From positions 224,001 through 288,000 of the forward strand of contig CAVSTP010000003.1 of the NCBI GenBank assembly GCA_963730935.1: a stretch of 64,000 nt of DNA. The letters run 5' to 3'. This document shows, piece by piece, positions 1 through 10,720 of the stretch (its first letter is position 1; each line of letters starts with the position of its first letter). The notes under the pieces were generated by a model, which did not search any database, had not been told where the DNA came from, and worked only from the letters and a program-made list of their open reading frames with translations. This stretch comes from an uncultured Nitrospiraceae bacterium. Lineage in GTDB: Bacteria; Nitrospirota; Nitrospiria; Nitrospirales; Nitrospiraceae. Made by a program: the position numbers and the translations under genes.

Positions 1-21
1 TCCGATGTCCACAAGCTGGAT

Positions 22-1098
22 GTGCAAGCGGAGGGCGCCGTGTGGCTGACCGATTCGAGCCGCCATGGGCGCGCGATCCGCTCGAGCGCACATATCACCG
101 TGCATGGGAAAGGATTTCTGGTCAACGGTGTCCGCATGGCCCATGAACGGTTGACCATGCGGGCTGGCGAACAAGGGCTGACCTTGATGCTGGTCAAGCC
201 GAATGAGAAGGCGCCCAGCGCTGCGAACGATCAACGCTTCACCGTTCCGGTCAGCGGCTTGGTTCATATCGTGCGAAAGGGCAAGGGCTTCCTCGTCATC
301 AATCAGGCAGATTTGGAAGAATACGTCAAAGGTGTCGTTCCTGCCGAAGTCAATTCATCCTGGCATCCGGAAATGCTCAAGGCGCAGGCCGTGGCGGCAC
401 GCACCTATGCGTTGTACCAGCAAATGCTGAGCGCCGCGCGCGACTATGACGTGGTGGCCACGGTGCAGGACCAAGTCTACAAAGGCAAGAACGGCGTCGA
501 TGCAGCGGTCTCGCGAGCGGTCGACGAAACTCGGGGGCTCGTCCTTACCTATCAGAATGCGCCGATCTATGCCGCGTTCTCCTCGACAGCGGCGGGACTT
601 ACTGAAGACGCGATGAATGTCTGGGCAAAAGACTACCCCTATCTGAAAGGCGTCGAATGTCCGTTTGATTTGGACTCGCCGTATTACCATTGGACGGTCT
701 CGTTTCGGCTGGACAAGCTCGAGGAGAGCCTGCGTCAACAGGGGTTTGCGGTAGGGGCCATCGCCTCGATGGAACCGCTGTTGTTCAGCCGGGGCGGCCG
801 CGTCGCCAAGCTTCGGGTCGTCCATTCGGAGGGAGAGCTCATTTTGCGCGGCGAAGATCTCCGCAAAGCGGTGGGGTATTCGATCGTGCCCAGCACACAG
901 TTCACCATCGATTCCATCGGACAGGACATCGTGCTCTCAGGCTACGGCGCCGGTCACGCCGTCGGCATGTGCCAATGGGGCGCGAAGGAACTGGCCCAAT
1001 TGGGGTATCCTTTCTCGACGATTTTGTCCTACTACTACCCAGGGACAGAGTTACAGGATATGTCGCTCACCAAGCAGCCTATCCCGCCGAGTTCGTAA
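22..1098 (+). CDS. SpoIID/LytB domain protein (peptidoglycan lytic transglycosylase-like); probably 5'-truncated by the window edge
   Basis: LEEYVKGVVPAE, LKAQAVAARTYA, DQVY and GHAVGMCQWGA...ILSYYYPG motifs typical of SpoIID. Confidence 0.9.
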   Translation: MQAEGAVWLTDSSRHGRAIRSSAHITVHGKGFLVNGVRMAHERLTMRAGEQGLTLMLVKPNEKAPSAANDQRFTVPVSGLVHIVRKGKGFLVINQADLEEYVKGVVPAEVNSSWHPEMLKAQAVAARTYALYQQMLSAARDYDVVATVQDQVYKGKNGVDAAVSRAVDETRGLVLTYQNAPIYAAFSSTAAGLTEDAMNVWAKDYPYLKGVECPFDLDSPYYHWTVSFRLDKLEESLRQQGFAVGAIASMEPLLFSRGGRVAKLRVVHSEGELILRGEDLRKAVGYSIVPSTQFTIDSIGQDIVLSGYGAGHAVGMCQWGAKELAQLGYPFSTILSYYYPGTELQDMSLTKQPIPPSS

Positions 1099-1116
1099 GG
1101 CCTTCTCTCAAACGAG

Positions 1117-2157
1117 ATGCAGTTGTCCCAATTCAATTTCCCCTTCGATGCATCGCTCATCGCGACGGAACCGGTGCTTCCGCGGGAACAGGCGAGACTG
1201 CTTGTGCTGAACCCGCGTGATCGTTCCATCACCCATCGCCGGATTGACGATCTGCCGGACCTACTGACGCCGGGCGATCTGCTCGTGGTCAACGACACCC
1301 GCGTCCGGCCGGCGCGTGTGAAGGGACGGAAGCCGTCAGGACGATCCGTGGACGTTTTATTCGTAAAAGCGGTGACCGATCGAGACTGGGAGGTCTTGAT
1401 GAAGGGCACCTGGCGTGCGGGACAGGTCATCGAGGTGGCCCCTGATGCCTGGTTGACCGTTCTCAGCCGGGAAGGCGGCCGAACGGTGGTCCGCATCGAA
1501 GGAGCCCTTCCTGTGGCGGACTGGTTTCAAGCGCATGGCTGCATGCCCTTGCCTCCGTACATCAAGCGGCCGCCGACTGACCAGGATCGCGAATGGTATC
1601 AGACCGTTTTTGCCAAAGAGGAAGGGGCGATTGCCGCCCCCACGGCGGGCCTTCACTTTACTCCGGCGCTGTTGACCCAGTTGGCCACGCGGCGTGTCGA
1701 GGTGGCCAAGGTCACGCTGCATGTCGGGGTTGGAACGTTCAAACCCGTCACGGCAGATCGCATTGAAGAACATCGAATGGAACCGGAATACGTGGAAGTG
1801 GGGGCGGAGACCGTTCGGGCGATTGAAGAAACCAGGCGGCGAAAAGGAAAAGTCGTAGCCGTGGGAACGACGGTCGTGAGGGCGCTCGAATCAGCGGTTT
1901 CTGGACCGGAAACTCTGCAAGCCTATCGAGGAGAAACGCGCCTATTCATAAAGCCTGGGTATCGCTTCCAGATTGTTGAGGGACTGTTGACGAATTTTCA
2001 TCTCCCCCAAACTACTTTGCTGATGTTGGTGTCCGCCTTTGCCGGCACTGAATTTTTGAGGCAAGCCTACGATGAGGCGGTGCGGCTGCGCTACCGGTTC
2101 TACAGCTATGGTGATGCGATGTTGATCACCGGGCGTCAGGGGCTGGCCGGCAGCTAG
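1117..2157 (+). CDS. queA: S-adenosylmethionine:tRNA ribosyltransferase-isomerase
   Basis: PLPPYIKR, YQTVFA, AAPTAGLHFT, VGTTVVRALES, TNFHLP, YRFYSYGDAM. Confidence 0.97.
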   Translation: MQLSQFNFPFDASLIATEPVLPREQARLLVLNPRDRSITHRRIDDLPDLLTPGDLLVVNDTRVRPARVKGRKPSGRSVDVLFVKAVTDRDWEVLMKGTWRAGQVIEVAPDAWLTVLSREGGRTVVRIEGALPVADWFQAHGCMPLPPYIKRPPTDQDREWYQTVFAKEEGAIAAPTAGLHFTPALLTQLATRRVEVAKVTLHVGVGTFKPVTADRIEEHRMEPEYVEVGAETVRAIEETRRRKGKVVAVGTTVVRALESAVSGPETLQAYRGETRLFIKPGYRFQIVEGLLTNFHLPQTTLLMLVSAFAGTEFLRQAYDEAVRLRYRFYSYGDAMLITGRQGLAGS

Positions 2158-2852
2158 AGCACTTCTCGCCTGATGGTGATCGGAAGCGTCGCTTTGAGCG
2201 ATTGAGCGTAGGCGGCCAACGTCCGTTGTTGCTTTTGGAACAACACATCCTGGATGGCTCGGTCCTTTGCCGCAACGGCTTTAGCGGGGTCGGGATCCGG
2301 CTGCCTCAGCATCAGGGCTTGGGCCTCCGTCAGCTCCGCGGGCGTCAGGGCAACGGCCTCACTCACCACCATGCGGGCCTTGAGACTGAGCAGTTCCTTG
2401 GACTGCACCGCTTCGAACATCGAGGGCGTGAGGTGGTTCGCGGCCAGCAATCGTTGGTAGTGCTCTGGATCGAAGCGGCCGTTCCTCTGGAACTCAGGAA
2501 TTTGCATGATCGAGGCTCGTAAATCTTCATCGGAGACTGACAGACCCATGTTGTGGGCGGCGATGAGCCACACCCGGTGATCCACGAGTTGCTCGACCAC
2601 GTATTGCTTGATCGTTTCGTCTTTGAACTCTCCCGGCACTTTTTCTTTGTAGAACCGGTAGGTGTTTTCGTAGGCGCGCTTGAATTCCTCCGAAGAAATC
2701 GAAAGGTCGCCGACGGTCGCGACGATGGAGCCGGTATGTTCGCCGAAGCCCCACCAACCCATGCCCACGATGAAGGTGACGGCGATGAAGCCCATCGTGA
2801 TGGCTAAAAACCACGGGTATTTTTCATTTGCGAATCGAAGAACTTTGATCAT
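2154..2852 (-). CDS. SurA N-terminal domain protein (PpiD-like membrane-anchored chaperone without PPIase domain)
   Basis: N-terminal TM helix, VATVGD..IS..EF..AY, GLSVSDEDL..I..IPEFQRNGRFD. Confidence 0.8.
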   Translation of the reverse strand: MIKVLRFANEKYPWFLAITMGFIAVTFIVGMGWWGFGEHTGSIVATVGDLSISSEEFKRAYENTYRFYKEKVPGEFKDETIKQYVVEQLVDHRVWLIAAHNMGLSVSDEDLRASIMQIPEFQRNGRFDPEHYQRLLAANHLTPSMFEAVQSKELLSLKARMVVSEAVALTPAELTEAQALMLRQPDPDPAKAVAAKDRAIQDVLFQKQQRTLAAYAQSLKATLPITIRREVL

Positions 2853-2891
2853 CGATCAATCCGTCGTTGTCTTTTTGGAAAAGATCGCGGA

Positions 2892-3482
2892 TTGTACGGC
2901 AGCGTCGTGGCCAAAGGCAAGTCTCCGTCGTTCAAGGCGTCCATGGTTCGCAGCGTCAAAGAATGCCGATTCGTTTGTGCTAGGTGCTCGTCTTTGCTAT
3001 ACTTTGTCCCTAATTACGAGGAGATCCCTGGCGAGCAGGCGGGGATCCATCCATTGGGCACAGGGATCTACCCCAAGGCGACCGTTCTGAATCGGTTTAT
3101 TGCCAAGCTGATCGATGTGTTTCTCGCAGCAGCGGCGACGGAAGTCATTGCTTCTGTGGGTTTCCTTGCAGGGGCAGCCTATCTGTTCGTTGCGGACGGA
3201 TTTGCAGGCGGTCGAAGCATCGGAAAGCGGCTCATCGGGCTTCAGACGGTGCTGCCTGAGATCCGTGAACCGGCTGGATTTCGGGAATCCATCATCCGCA
3301 ATATTCCTTTTGCGGTGGCCCAGTTGCTCTTTGCCGTTCCCTATGTCGGGTGGCTGGCTTCGGCGGCGATTGTCGGCTTTGAAGCGGTCTTGATCATTGG
3401 CAACGAGCAGGGGCGCCGTTTGGGCGACGAATTGGCTGGGACGCAGGTACTGGATGCCGGCCGGTTGGCCTTGCCCGACTAG
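2892..3482 (+). CDS. RDD family membrane protein (true start probably downstream, about 3010-3055)
   Basis: RFIAKLID, GRSIGKRLIGL, SIIRN, GRRLGDELAGTQV. Confidence 0.8.
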   Translation: MYGSVVAKGKSPSFKASMVRSVKECRFVCARCSSLLYFVPNYEEIPGEQAGIHPLGTGIYPKATVLNRFIAKLIDVFLAAAATEVIASVGFLAGAAYLFVADGFAGGRSIGKRLIGLQTVLPEIREPAGFRESIIRNIPFAVAQLLFAVPYVGWLASAAIVGFEAVLIIGNEQGRRLGDELAGTQVLDAGRLALPD

Positions 3483-3522
3483 CAGGGAGCGTGGGCGTTC
3501 CCGGCTCCGTTGGGCGGTCTAG

Positions 3523-4584
<1,062 letters not shown>

Positions 4585-4601
4585 GGGTTCCATCCCGATA
4601 C

Positions 4602-5489
4602 ATGTGGATGGTCAACGTGCGTTCTCCCCACGGTGCTAGGCGTCTGGCGCTAGGAATGTTTGCCCTTCTCCTGGCGGCCCTCCTCCTGTTCCCAGGACAA
4701 AGTCAGGGATTGTTCGACTATCTCGACGGGCCGGTGGGTCAGCTGGTCCGTCTGCCGCTCGAAGCCGTGTCCTCGCTCGATCAAGGCATCTCCGCGATGT
4801 GGCACCAGTACGTGTCCCTGCAACACGTCGCCGATGAAAATCGTCGACTGAAGCAGGAAATGGACTGGCTGCGCGGGGAGAACAACCAATTGCGCGAAGC
4901 GGCCTCTGCCACACAGCGACTCACGTCCCTGCTTCAGTTCAGGGAACAGGCCTTGCCAGCCATGGTGGCCGCTCAGGTCATCGGGCGCGACTCGAGCAAC
5001 CGCTATAGATCGGTCATTCTCAACAAAGGGGAAAGCGACGGGATTCAGAAAGATATGGGTGTGATTACTCCGGCGGGTGTTGTCGGCCGTGTGGTGAAAA
5101 TCACCGGGGCCACCTCGGTCGTGCTGCTGCTAACTGATCCCAACAATGCCATTGCCGGGTTGATCCAGCGTACGAGAGACGAAGGCATCGTCGAGGGCGT
5201 GCCTCAAGGCCGGGCCAAATTGAAGTATATTCCCATGCTGTCGGCCGTCAAAGAAGGAGATCGTGTGGTGACATCAGGCTTGGTGGGTGGCTTCCCGCGC
5301 GGGCTGGCCATCGGGACCATTACCGCAATTGACCGCGAGGAGGGCGCCCTCTTTCAAACCGCCGAACTCGCCCTCGAAGTGGATGTGAACCGTGTAGAAG
5401 AGGTATTGGTCATTCAAGCGCCCCACAGTCCGTCCGCGGACCAGCCAACAACACCAAAACCTGGTCCCGTAACGAAACCACAGCCATGA
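4602..5489 (+). CDS. mreC: Rod shape-determining protein MreC
   Basis: TM helix, coiled coil, AQVIGRD, LNKGESDG, VVTSGLVGGFPRGL; follows mreB. Confidence 0.93.
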   Translation: MWMVNVRSPHGARRLALGMFALLLAALLLFPGQSQGLFDYLDGPVGQLVRLPLEAVSSLDQGISAMWHQYVSLQHVADENRRLKQEMDWLRGENNQLREAASATQRLTSLLQFREQALPAMVAAQVIGRDSSNRYRSVILNKGESDGIQKDMGVITPAGVVGRVVKITGATSVVLLLTDPNNAIAGLIQRTRDEGIVEGVPQGRAKLKYIPMLSAVKEGDRVVTSGLVGGFPRGLAIGTITAIDREEGALFQTAELALEVDVNRVEEVLVIQAPHSPSADQPTTPKPGPVTKPQP

Positions 5490-5992
5490 AGAAGTTTTTC
5501 GGATACGGCGGGCTGGTGTTACTTCTCGTGCCTGTCCAAACCACGTTGCTCCCGCATGTGGCCATTTGGGATATCAAGCCCGATCTTGGGCTCGTCCTCG
5601 CGGCGCTCATTGGAGTGCTCGCGGGCGAGTTGGAAGGTCTCATAGTGGGGTTGGCGATCGGATGGATCCTCAATTTGTATTCGGCCGGCGATCTCTGGTT
5701 GAATCTCGTCACGACCGGCGGGGCCGGACTGTTTGCCGGGTTGTTGGCCAGACAGGTTGCCGAAATCACCCCGACGATTTTGGCCGTCGGGCTGCTCTTG
5801 CTGTCGTTGGCCGGTGGTCTGGTGGCTGTGTTGAACATGAAGCATGCGACGATGGCTGACACGTGGTGGATGGTGCAGTTCGTGGTGGTGCCGCAAGCCT
5901 GCTTTGACGCCGCCGTGGGCGCCGGCCTACTCTGGTTTCTCGAGCAGCGGGTCGCTCTGCCACGCTTCGGGATATTGGATCGGTACTCGTAA
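5486..5992 (+). CDS. mreD: Rod shape-determining protein MreD
   Basis: Hydrophobic 168 aa with KPDLGLVL; lies between mreC and mrdA. Confidence 0.8.
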   Translation: MKKFFGYGGLVLLLVPVQTTLLPHVAIWDIKPDLGLVLAALIGVLAGELEGLIVGLAIGWILNLYSAGDLWLNLVTTGGAGLFAGLLARQVAEITPTILAVGLLLLSLAGGLVAVLNMKHATMADTWWMVQFVVVPQACFDAAVGAGLLWFLEQRVALPRFGILDRYS

Positions 5993-6006
5993 ATCAGTGA
6001 AATCCC

Positions 6007-7875
6007 ATGGCGACCTCCACTTTACAGGATTCTGACTTTGCCGAACTGCAGCGCCGATTGTTGGTACTGCGGGTCGGATTGTTGCTCGTCGTGGCCTTGC
6101 TGGCCTTGCGGTTGTGGCATCTGCAGATTCGCGAGGGGCCATATTATCGCGACCTGTCGGAAAACAACCGCACCCGCTCCGTGATCTTGGAGCCGGCGCG
6201 CGGCCTCATCTACGACCGCAACGGCGTCTTACTGGCCAACAACGTGCCGAGCTTCAGTTTGTATGTCTCGCTCGAAGACGTCAAAGACCGTGAGGTCCTC
6301 ATTGACGAACTCAGCGCATTGATCGGGATTGATCCAGAACTCGTTCGTAAAAAATTGGCGGTACGCGGATCGAAGCAGCTGCCACGCAAAATCAAAGACC
6401 GGTTGACCTTGAAAGAAGCGACGTTGATCGAATCGCATCGTCTCGACCTGCCCGGCGTCATGGTTCAAGTCGAATCACGCCGCAATTATCTCGGCGGGAT
6501 GGCCGCGTCGCACGTCTTGGGCTATGTAGGCGAAGTCTCGGCGGAGCAGTTGGAAAAGCCGGAGTTTGCGGAATTGCACCAGGGCAGCATCGTCGGACAA
6601 TACGGCGTCGAAAAATTTTTCGATCAGATCGTTCGTGGATTGGCGGGGCAGAAAAGCGTTGAAGTCGATGCGTTGGGCCATGAGAAGCGGACCGTGCTGG
6701 TAGATCAACCCCATGCAGGAGATGACCTGTATCTGACGATCGACCTGCGGCTACAGAAAGTGGCGGAAGATCTCCTCGGGCAGGAGTCGGGTGCCATCGT
6801 CGCCCTAGACCCCACCAACGGCGACATCCTGGCGATGGCTAGCCGTCCGGGCTTCGACCCCAATGTGCTGTCGCGAGAATTGACACCGAAGCAGTGGGTC
6901 GAGATCGTGCAAGACGAAGGGCGGCCGTTGAACAACAGGGCCTCGCAGGGCCAGTACCCTCCCGGCTCCACGTTCAAAGTCATGATGGCCGCCGCCGCCC
7001 TTGAATCCAAGACGGTGACGCCTTCTTCAACCGTCTTCTGCAACGGAGGGTATCAATTCGGCCGGCGCGTGTATCATGACTGGAAAGCCACCGGACACGG
7101 CTCGGTCGATCTGCGCAAAGCGCTGATCCATTCGTGCGATGTCTATTTCTACACCGTCGGACAGCGTATGGGCATCGATACCATGGCCTCCTATGCGCAT
7201 CAGTTCGGTCTCGGCGAAGAAACCGGCGTCGAACTGCCGTCCGAGCGGATCGGCATTGTGCCCTCGACGGAATGGAAGCAGAAGGCGAAGCACGAACCGT
7301 GGTTGCCTGGTGAAACGATTTCCGCAGCGATCGGCCAGGGGTATGTCACGGTCACGCCGCTGCAGATGGCCAGCCTGATCGGTACGGTGGCCAATGACGG
7401 GGTGACGTATCGGCCGCGCTTGGTGCAGGCGATCATGGATCGGACGACGGGACAGCTCCAGCAGTTGCCGACGGTGGCCAAAGCCAAATTGAACGTGAAG
7501 CCGGACACGCTGAAGTTGATTCGAGAAGCGTTGGCTGCCGTGGTGACGGAAGGCACCGGCGGAAGAGCCAAGTCCTCTCTCGTGACGATCGGGGGAAAGA
7601 CGGGTACGGCGCAGACCGCCGCACTCCGAACGGGCCCGGAAAAGGACATTCCCAAGAAATTCAGAGACCATGCGTGGTTTGTGGCCTTCGCGCCTGTCGA
7701 GAACCCCAAGATTGCGGTAGCCGTCCTAGCCGAACACATGGGCCATGGCGGTTCCGCGGCCGCCCCCCTTGCCAAGGAGCTCATCGAGACTTATATCAAA
7801 GTGACGGCGGCTAAACCTTCGACTCCCCCGGCTCCCACGACGCCAGCACAAGTGGCCAAGGCAGGGACGCCATGA
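6007..7875 (+). CDS. mrdA: Penicillin-binding protein 2
   Basis: PARGLIYDRNG, SxxK (PGSTFK), SCD, KTGTAQ; operon context. Confidence 0.95.
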   Translation: MATSTLQDSDFAELQRRLLVLRVGLLLVVALLALRLWHLQIREGPYYRDLSENNRTRSVILEPARGLIYDRNGVLLANNVPSFSLYVSLEDVKDREVLIDELSALIGIDPELVRKKLAVRGSKQLPRKIKDRLTLKEATLIESHRLDLPGVMVQVESRRNYLGGMAASHVLGYVGEVSAEQLEKPEFAELHQGSIVGQYGVEKFFDQIVRGLAGQKSVEVDALGHEKRTVLVDQPHAGDDLYLTIDLRLQKVAEDLLGQESGAIVALDPTNGDILAMASRPGFDPNVLSRELTPKQWVEIVQDEGRPLNNRASQGQYPPGSTFKVMMAAAALESKTVTPSSTVFCNGGYQFGRRVYHDWKATGHGSVDLRKALIHSCDVYFYTVGQRMGIDTMASYAHQFGLGEETGVELPSERIGIVPSTEWKQKAKHEPWLPGETISAAIGQGYVTVTPLQMASLIGTVANDGVTYRPRLVQAIMDRTTGQLQQLPTVAKAKLNVKPDTLKLIREALAAVVTEGTGGRAKSSLVTIGGKTGTAQTAALRTGPEKDIPKKFRDHAWFVAFAPVENPKIAVAVLAEHMGHGGSAAAPLAKELIETYIKVTAAKPSTPPAPTTPAQVAKAGTP

Positions 7876-8993
7876 TCGACCGGATGATGGACCGCCGGGG
7901 GCTCGACAACTTCGACCTGCGGTTTCTTGGCCTCATCTTTGCCATCCTATCGATCGGCGTGCTCTCGATTTACAGCGTCACCCATGATCAGGGCGGACCC
8001 GGGGTGCCTTTTTTTGCGAAGCAGCTGTTATGGATTCTGCTCGGAGCGGTGGCCTTCCTTATTATGCTGGTCTGGGACTACCACCGCATCGCACGATTAG
8101 CGTATCCTGCCTATGCAATAGTCTTGATCCTGTTGGCGGTTGTGCTCTTTGAGGGGAAGACGAGCCGTGGAGCCCAGCGCTGGATTCCCATCGGCCCCTT
8201 CGCCTTTCAGCCGTCGGAGTTTGCGAAGCTGGTGTTGATTCTCGTAATGGCTCATTATTATTCCAAAGCGCCCAGGGTCGGCTGGCTGCAGCGCGTGGTG
8301 ATTCCCGGCGCCTTGATGCTTCCCGGGTTGTTGTTGATTCTGAAGCAGCCAGATCTCGGCAGCGGTTTGAGCTTCATGGCCGTGTATGCCGCGATGCTGC
8401 TGATGGTGGGCATGCGCTCGCAGGCGTTAGGCGTGATCTTACTGTTTTCACTGATGCTCTTTCCCTTCGCGTGGGAGGCCATGTGGGGTTCGTTGCATGA
8501 TTACCAGCGCCAGCGCATCATGGCCTTCGTCGACCCGAACTATGACCCGGGCGGAAAGGGTTATCACGCGTTGCAGTCCCGGATCGCCATCGGCGCCGGA
8601 GAATTGACCGGCAAAGGGCTATACGGCGGCACACAGAGCCAATTGAAATTTCTCCCGGAAGGGCATACGGATTTCGTCTTTTCGGTATTTGCGGAAGAAT
8701 GGGGATTTCTCGGGGTGCTTGTTTTGCTCCTCTTGTTCGTCGCGCTGATCTGGCTGTCTCTGGAAATTGCGACGCGCGCGAAGGACGAGCTGGGCGCTCT
8801 CCTGGCGGTCGGCGTCATTGCGATGCTGTGTTTTTGCGTCGTCGTGAACATCGGCATGACCGCCGGCATGTTCCCAATCGTCGGCATCCCGCTTCCGCTG
8901 ATGAGTTACGGCGGCAGCGCCACCATCATGACGATGGCCTCGCTCGGGCTGTTGCTGAACGTGAAACGGCGGCGATTGAGTTTGTTTTATTAA
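7872..8993 (+). CDS. rodA: Rod shape-determining protein RodA (SEDS family)
   Basis: GAQRWI, QPSEFAK, QPDLG, LPEGHTDF, PLMSYGGS. Confidence 0.95.
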   Translation: MIDRMMDRRGLDNFDLRFLGLIFAILSIGVLSIYSVTHDQGGPGVPFFAKQLLWILLGAVAFLIMLVWDYHRIARLAYPAYAIVLILLAVVLFEGKTSRGAQRWIPIGPFAFQPSEFAKLVLILVMAHYYSKAPRVGWLQRVVIPGALMLPGLLLILKQPDLGSGLSFMAVYAAMLLMVGMRSQALGVILLFSLMLFPFAWEAMWGSLHDYQRQRIMAFVDPNYDPGGKGYHALQSRIAIGAGELTGKGLYGGTQSQLKFLPEGHTDFVFSVFAEEWGFLGVLVLLLLFVALIWLSLEIATRAKDELGALLAVGVIAMLCFCVVVNIGMTAGMFPIVGIPLPLMSYGGSATIMTMASLGLLLNVKRRRLSLFY

Positions 8994-8998
8994 AATGA

Positions 8999-9034
8999 GT
9001 GGCGGTCCATTGAGGTGCCGCCACCAATTTTTTT
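8999..9034 (+). terminator. Intrinsic terminator after rodA
   Basis: GTGGCGG-N12-CCGCCAC stem followed by CAATTTTTTT. Confidence 0.6.
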
Positions 9035-9145
9035 GATTGTGCGGATCATCGAATCGACGAGGACTTGAGTGACATCGGAACCTGGGTTCGCCCGCGTTCC
9101 ACCCTCACGTCGGTTCGAAGATTCTGCTGAACGGAAGGAGTCAGT

Positions 9146-10654
9146 ATGGGTGTGGAAATTGCGATAACCGTCGCACGGGAAGAAACCCGTGTTGCGGTGT
9201 TGGATAACGGCGTGGTCACGGATCTCTTCGGCGACCGCGCCAAGCACAAAGATTTTGTCGGGAACATCTATAAAGGCAAGGTGGCCAAGGTGTTGCCCGG
9301 CATGCAGGCCGCCTTTGTGGACATCGGCCTAGAAAAAGCGGCGTTCATGCATGTCTCGGACTTGTCTCTGGATGCGGAACCCAATGATACGTTGTTGGAT
9401 TCCGATGACGACGATAAGGACGGCGACGAAATGCGCCCCCGACGGGAAAGCAGCAAACCCATCGAACAGTTGCTCACCGAAGGACAGGAGTTGATGGTGC
9501 AGATTTCGAAAGGGCCGATTGGAACGAAAGGCCCTCGGGTGACGACGTATGTCTCGCTGCCCGGACGGTACTTGGTCTTCATGCCGAACGTGGAGCACAT
9601 CGGCGTCTCTCGCCGCATTGCTCGCGACGAAGAGCGTGCGCGGCTGAAGGACATCATGAAGCGGGTGCGCCACCCAGGCTGCGGGTACATCGTGCGGACG
9701 GTCAGCGAAGGGGTCAAGGAGGACGAATTGCGGTCCGACGTCGATTTCCTCCATGTCCTCTGGCAAGACATCAAGACCAAGCGCGATCAGCAGCCGGCGC
9801 CCGCCTTGTTGCATACCGATCTGAGTCTCAGCTTCCGCGTGGTCCGCGACCTCTTCGGCAAAAAGGTGGAGCGGCTGTGGATCGATTCCCGACAGGAATA
9901 CGATGCGGTGCGCGATTTCGTTCAGCGCTTCTCGCCGGAGCAGACGTCACGGATTCACTTTTATGACAAGGATGAAAGCCTGTTCGAGTACCTCGGCGTG
10001 GAGCAGGAAATGGCGCGGGCGTTGAGCCGCAAAGTCTGGCTCAAGTCAGGCGGTTATCTGGTGATCGATCATACGGAAGCGATGACCGTGATCGATGTGA
10101 ACACGGGCCGCTTCGTGGGAAAACGAGATCAGGAGGAAACGATTTTGCGCAACAATCTGGAAGCGGCCAAGGAGGTAGCCTACCAGGTGAAACTGCGCGG
10201 AATCGGCGGCATTATCATCGTCGATTTCATTGATATGGAGCGGGAGAAAAACCGGGACAAAGTCTACCACGCCTTGATGGATGCCATGGCGTCGGACAAG
10301 GCTCGGACCAGGGTCTCCCGCATCTCCGACCTTGGATTGATTGAAATTTCCCGCGAGCGCGTGCGCGAAGATCTGTTGCGCTCGCTCTCAGAACCCTGCC
10401 GCTACTGCGAAGGCCGAGGGTATACCAAGTCGCCGACGACGGTGGCGTATGAGATCTTCCGCGAGATCAGAAAAATCGGAAAAGCAAATGAACAGCAGCG
10501 GATCGTCGTGGGCGCCCATCCTTCCGTCGCTGGACTGCTTCAAGATGAGGAACGGCAGGGCGTTGAAGCCCTCGAGCGCGAATGCGCCGCCAAACTCCTT
10601 GTCATGCCGGATGAACAATTGCACCTAGAGCAATACGATCTCGTCGTAATGTAG
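9146..10654 (+). CDS. rng: Ribonuclease G (Rne/Rng family)
   Basis: VGNIYKGKV..VLPGMQAAFVDIG, IDVNTG, GGIIIVDFIDM, CxxC; 502 aa, no RNase E C-terminal extension. Confidence 0.93.
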   Translation: MGVEIAITVAREETRVAVLDNGVVTDLFGDRAKHKDFVGNIYKGKVAKVLPGMQAAFVDIGLEKAAFMHVSDLSLDAEPNDTLLDSDDDDKDGDEMRPRRESSKPIEQLLTEGQELMVQISKGPIGTKGPRVTTYVSLPGRYLVFMPNVEHIGVSRRIARDEERARLKDIMKRVRHPGCGYIVRTVSEGVKEDELRSDVDFLHVLWQDIKTKRDQQPAPALLHTDLSLSFRVVRDLFGKKVERLWIDSRQEYDAVRDFVQRFSPEQTSRIHFYDKDESLFEYLGVEQEMARALSRKVWLKSGGYLVIDHTEAMTVIDVNTGRFVGKRDQEETILRNNLEAAKEVAYQVKLRGIGGIIIVDFIDMEREKNRDKVYHALMDAMASDKARTRVSRISDLGLIEISRERVREDLLRSLSEPCRYCEGRGYTKSPTTVAYEIFREIRKIGKANEQQRIVVGAHPSVAGLLQDEERQGVEALERECAAKLLVMPDEQLHLEQYDLVVM

Positions 10655-10720
10655 CAGGAACGCTCTCCCGGCAGAACCATGAGGCGGTGCAATCCTCCGT
10701 CCGTCTCCCTGTGAGGGATC

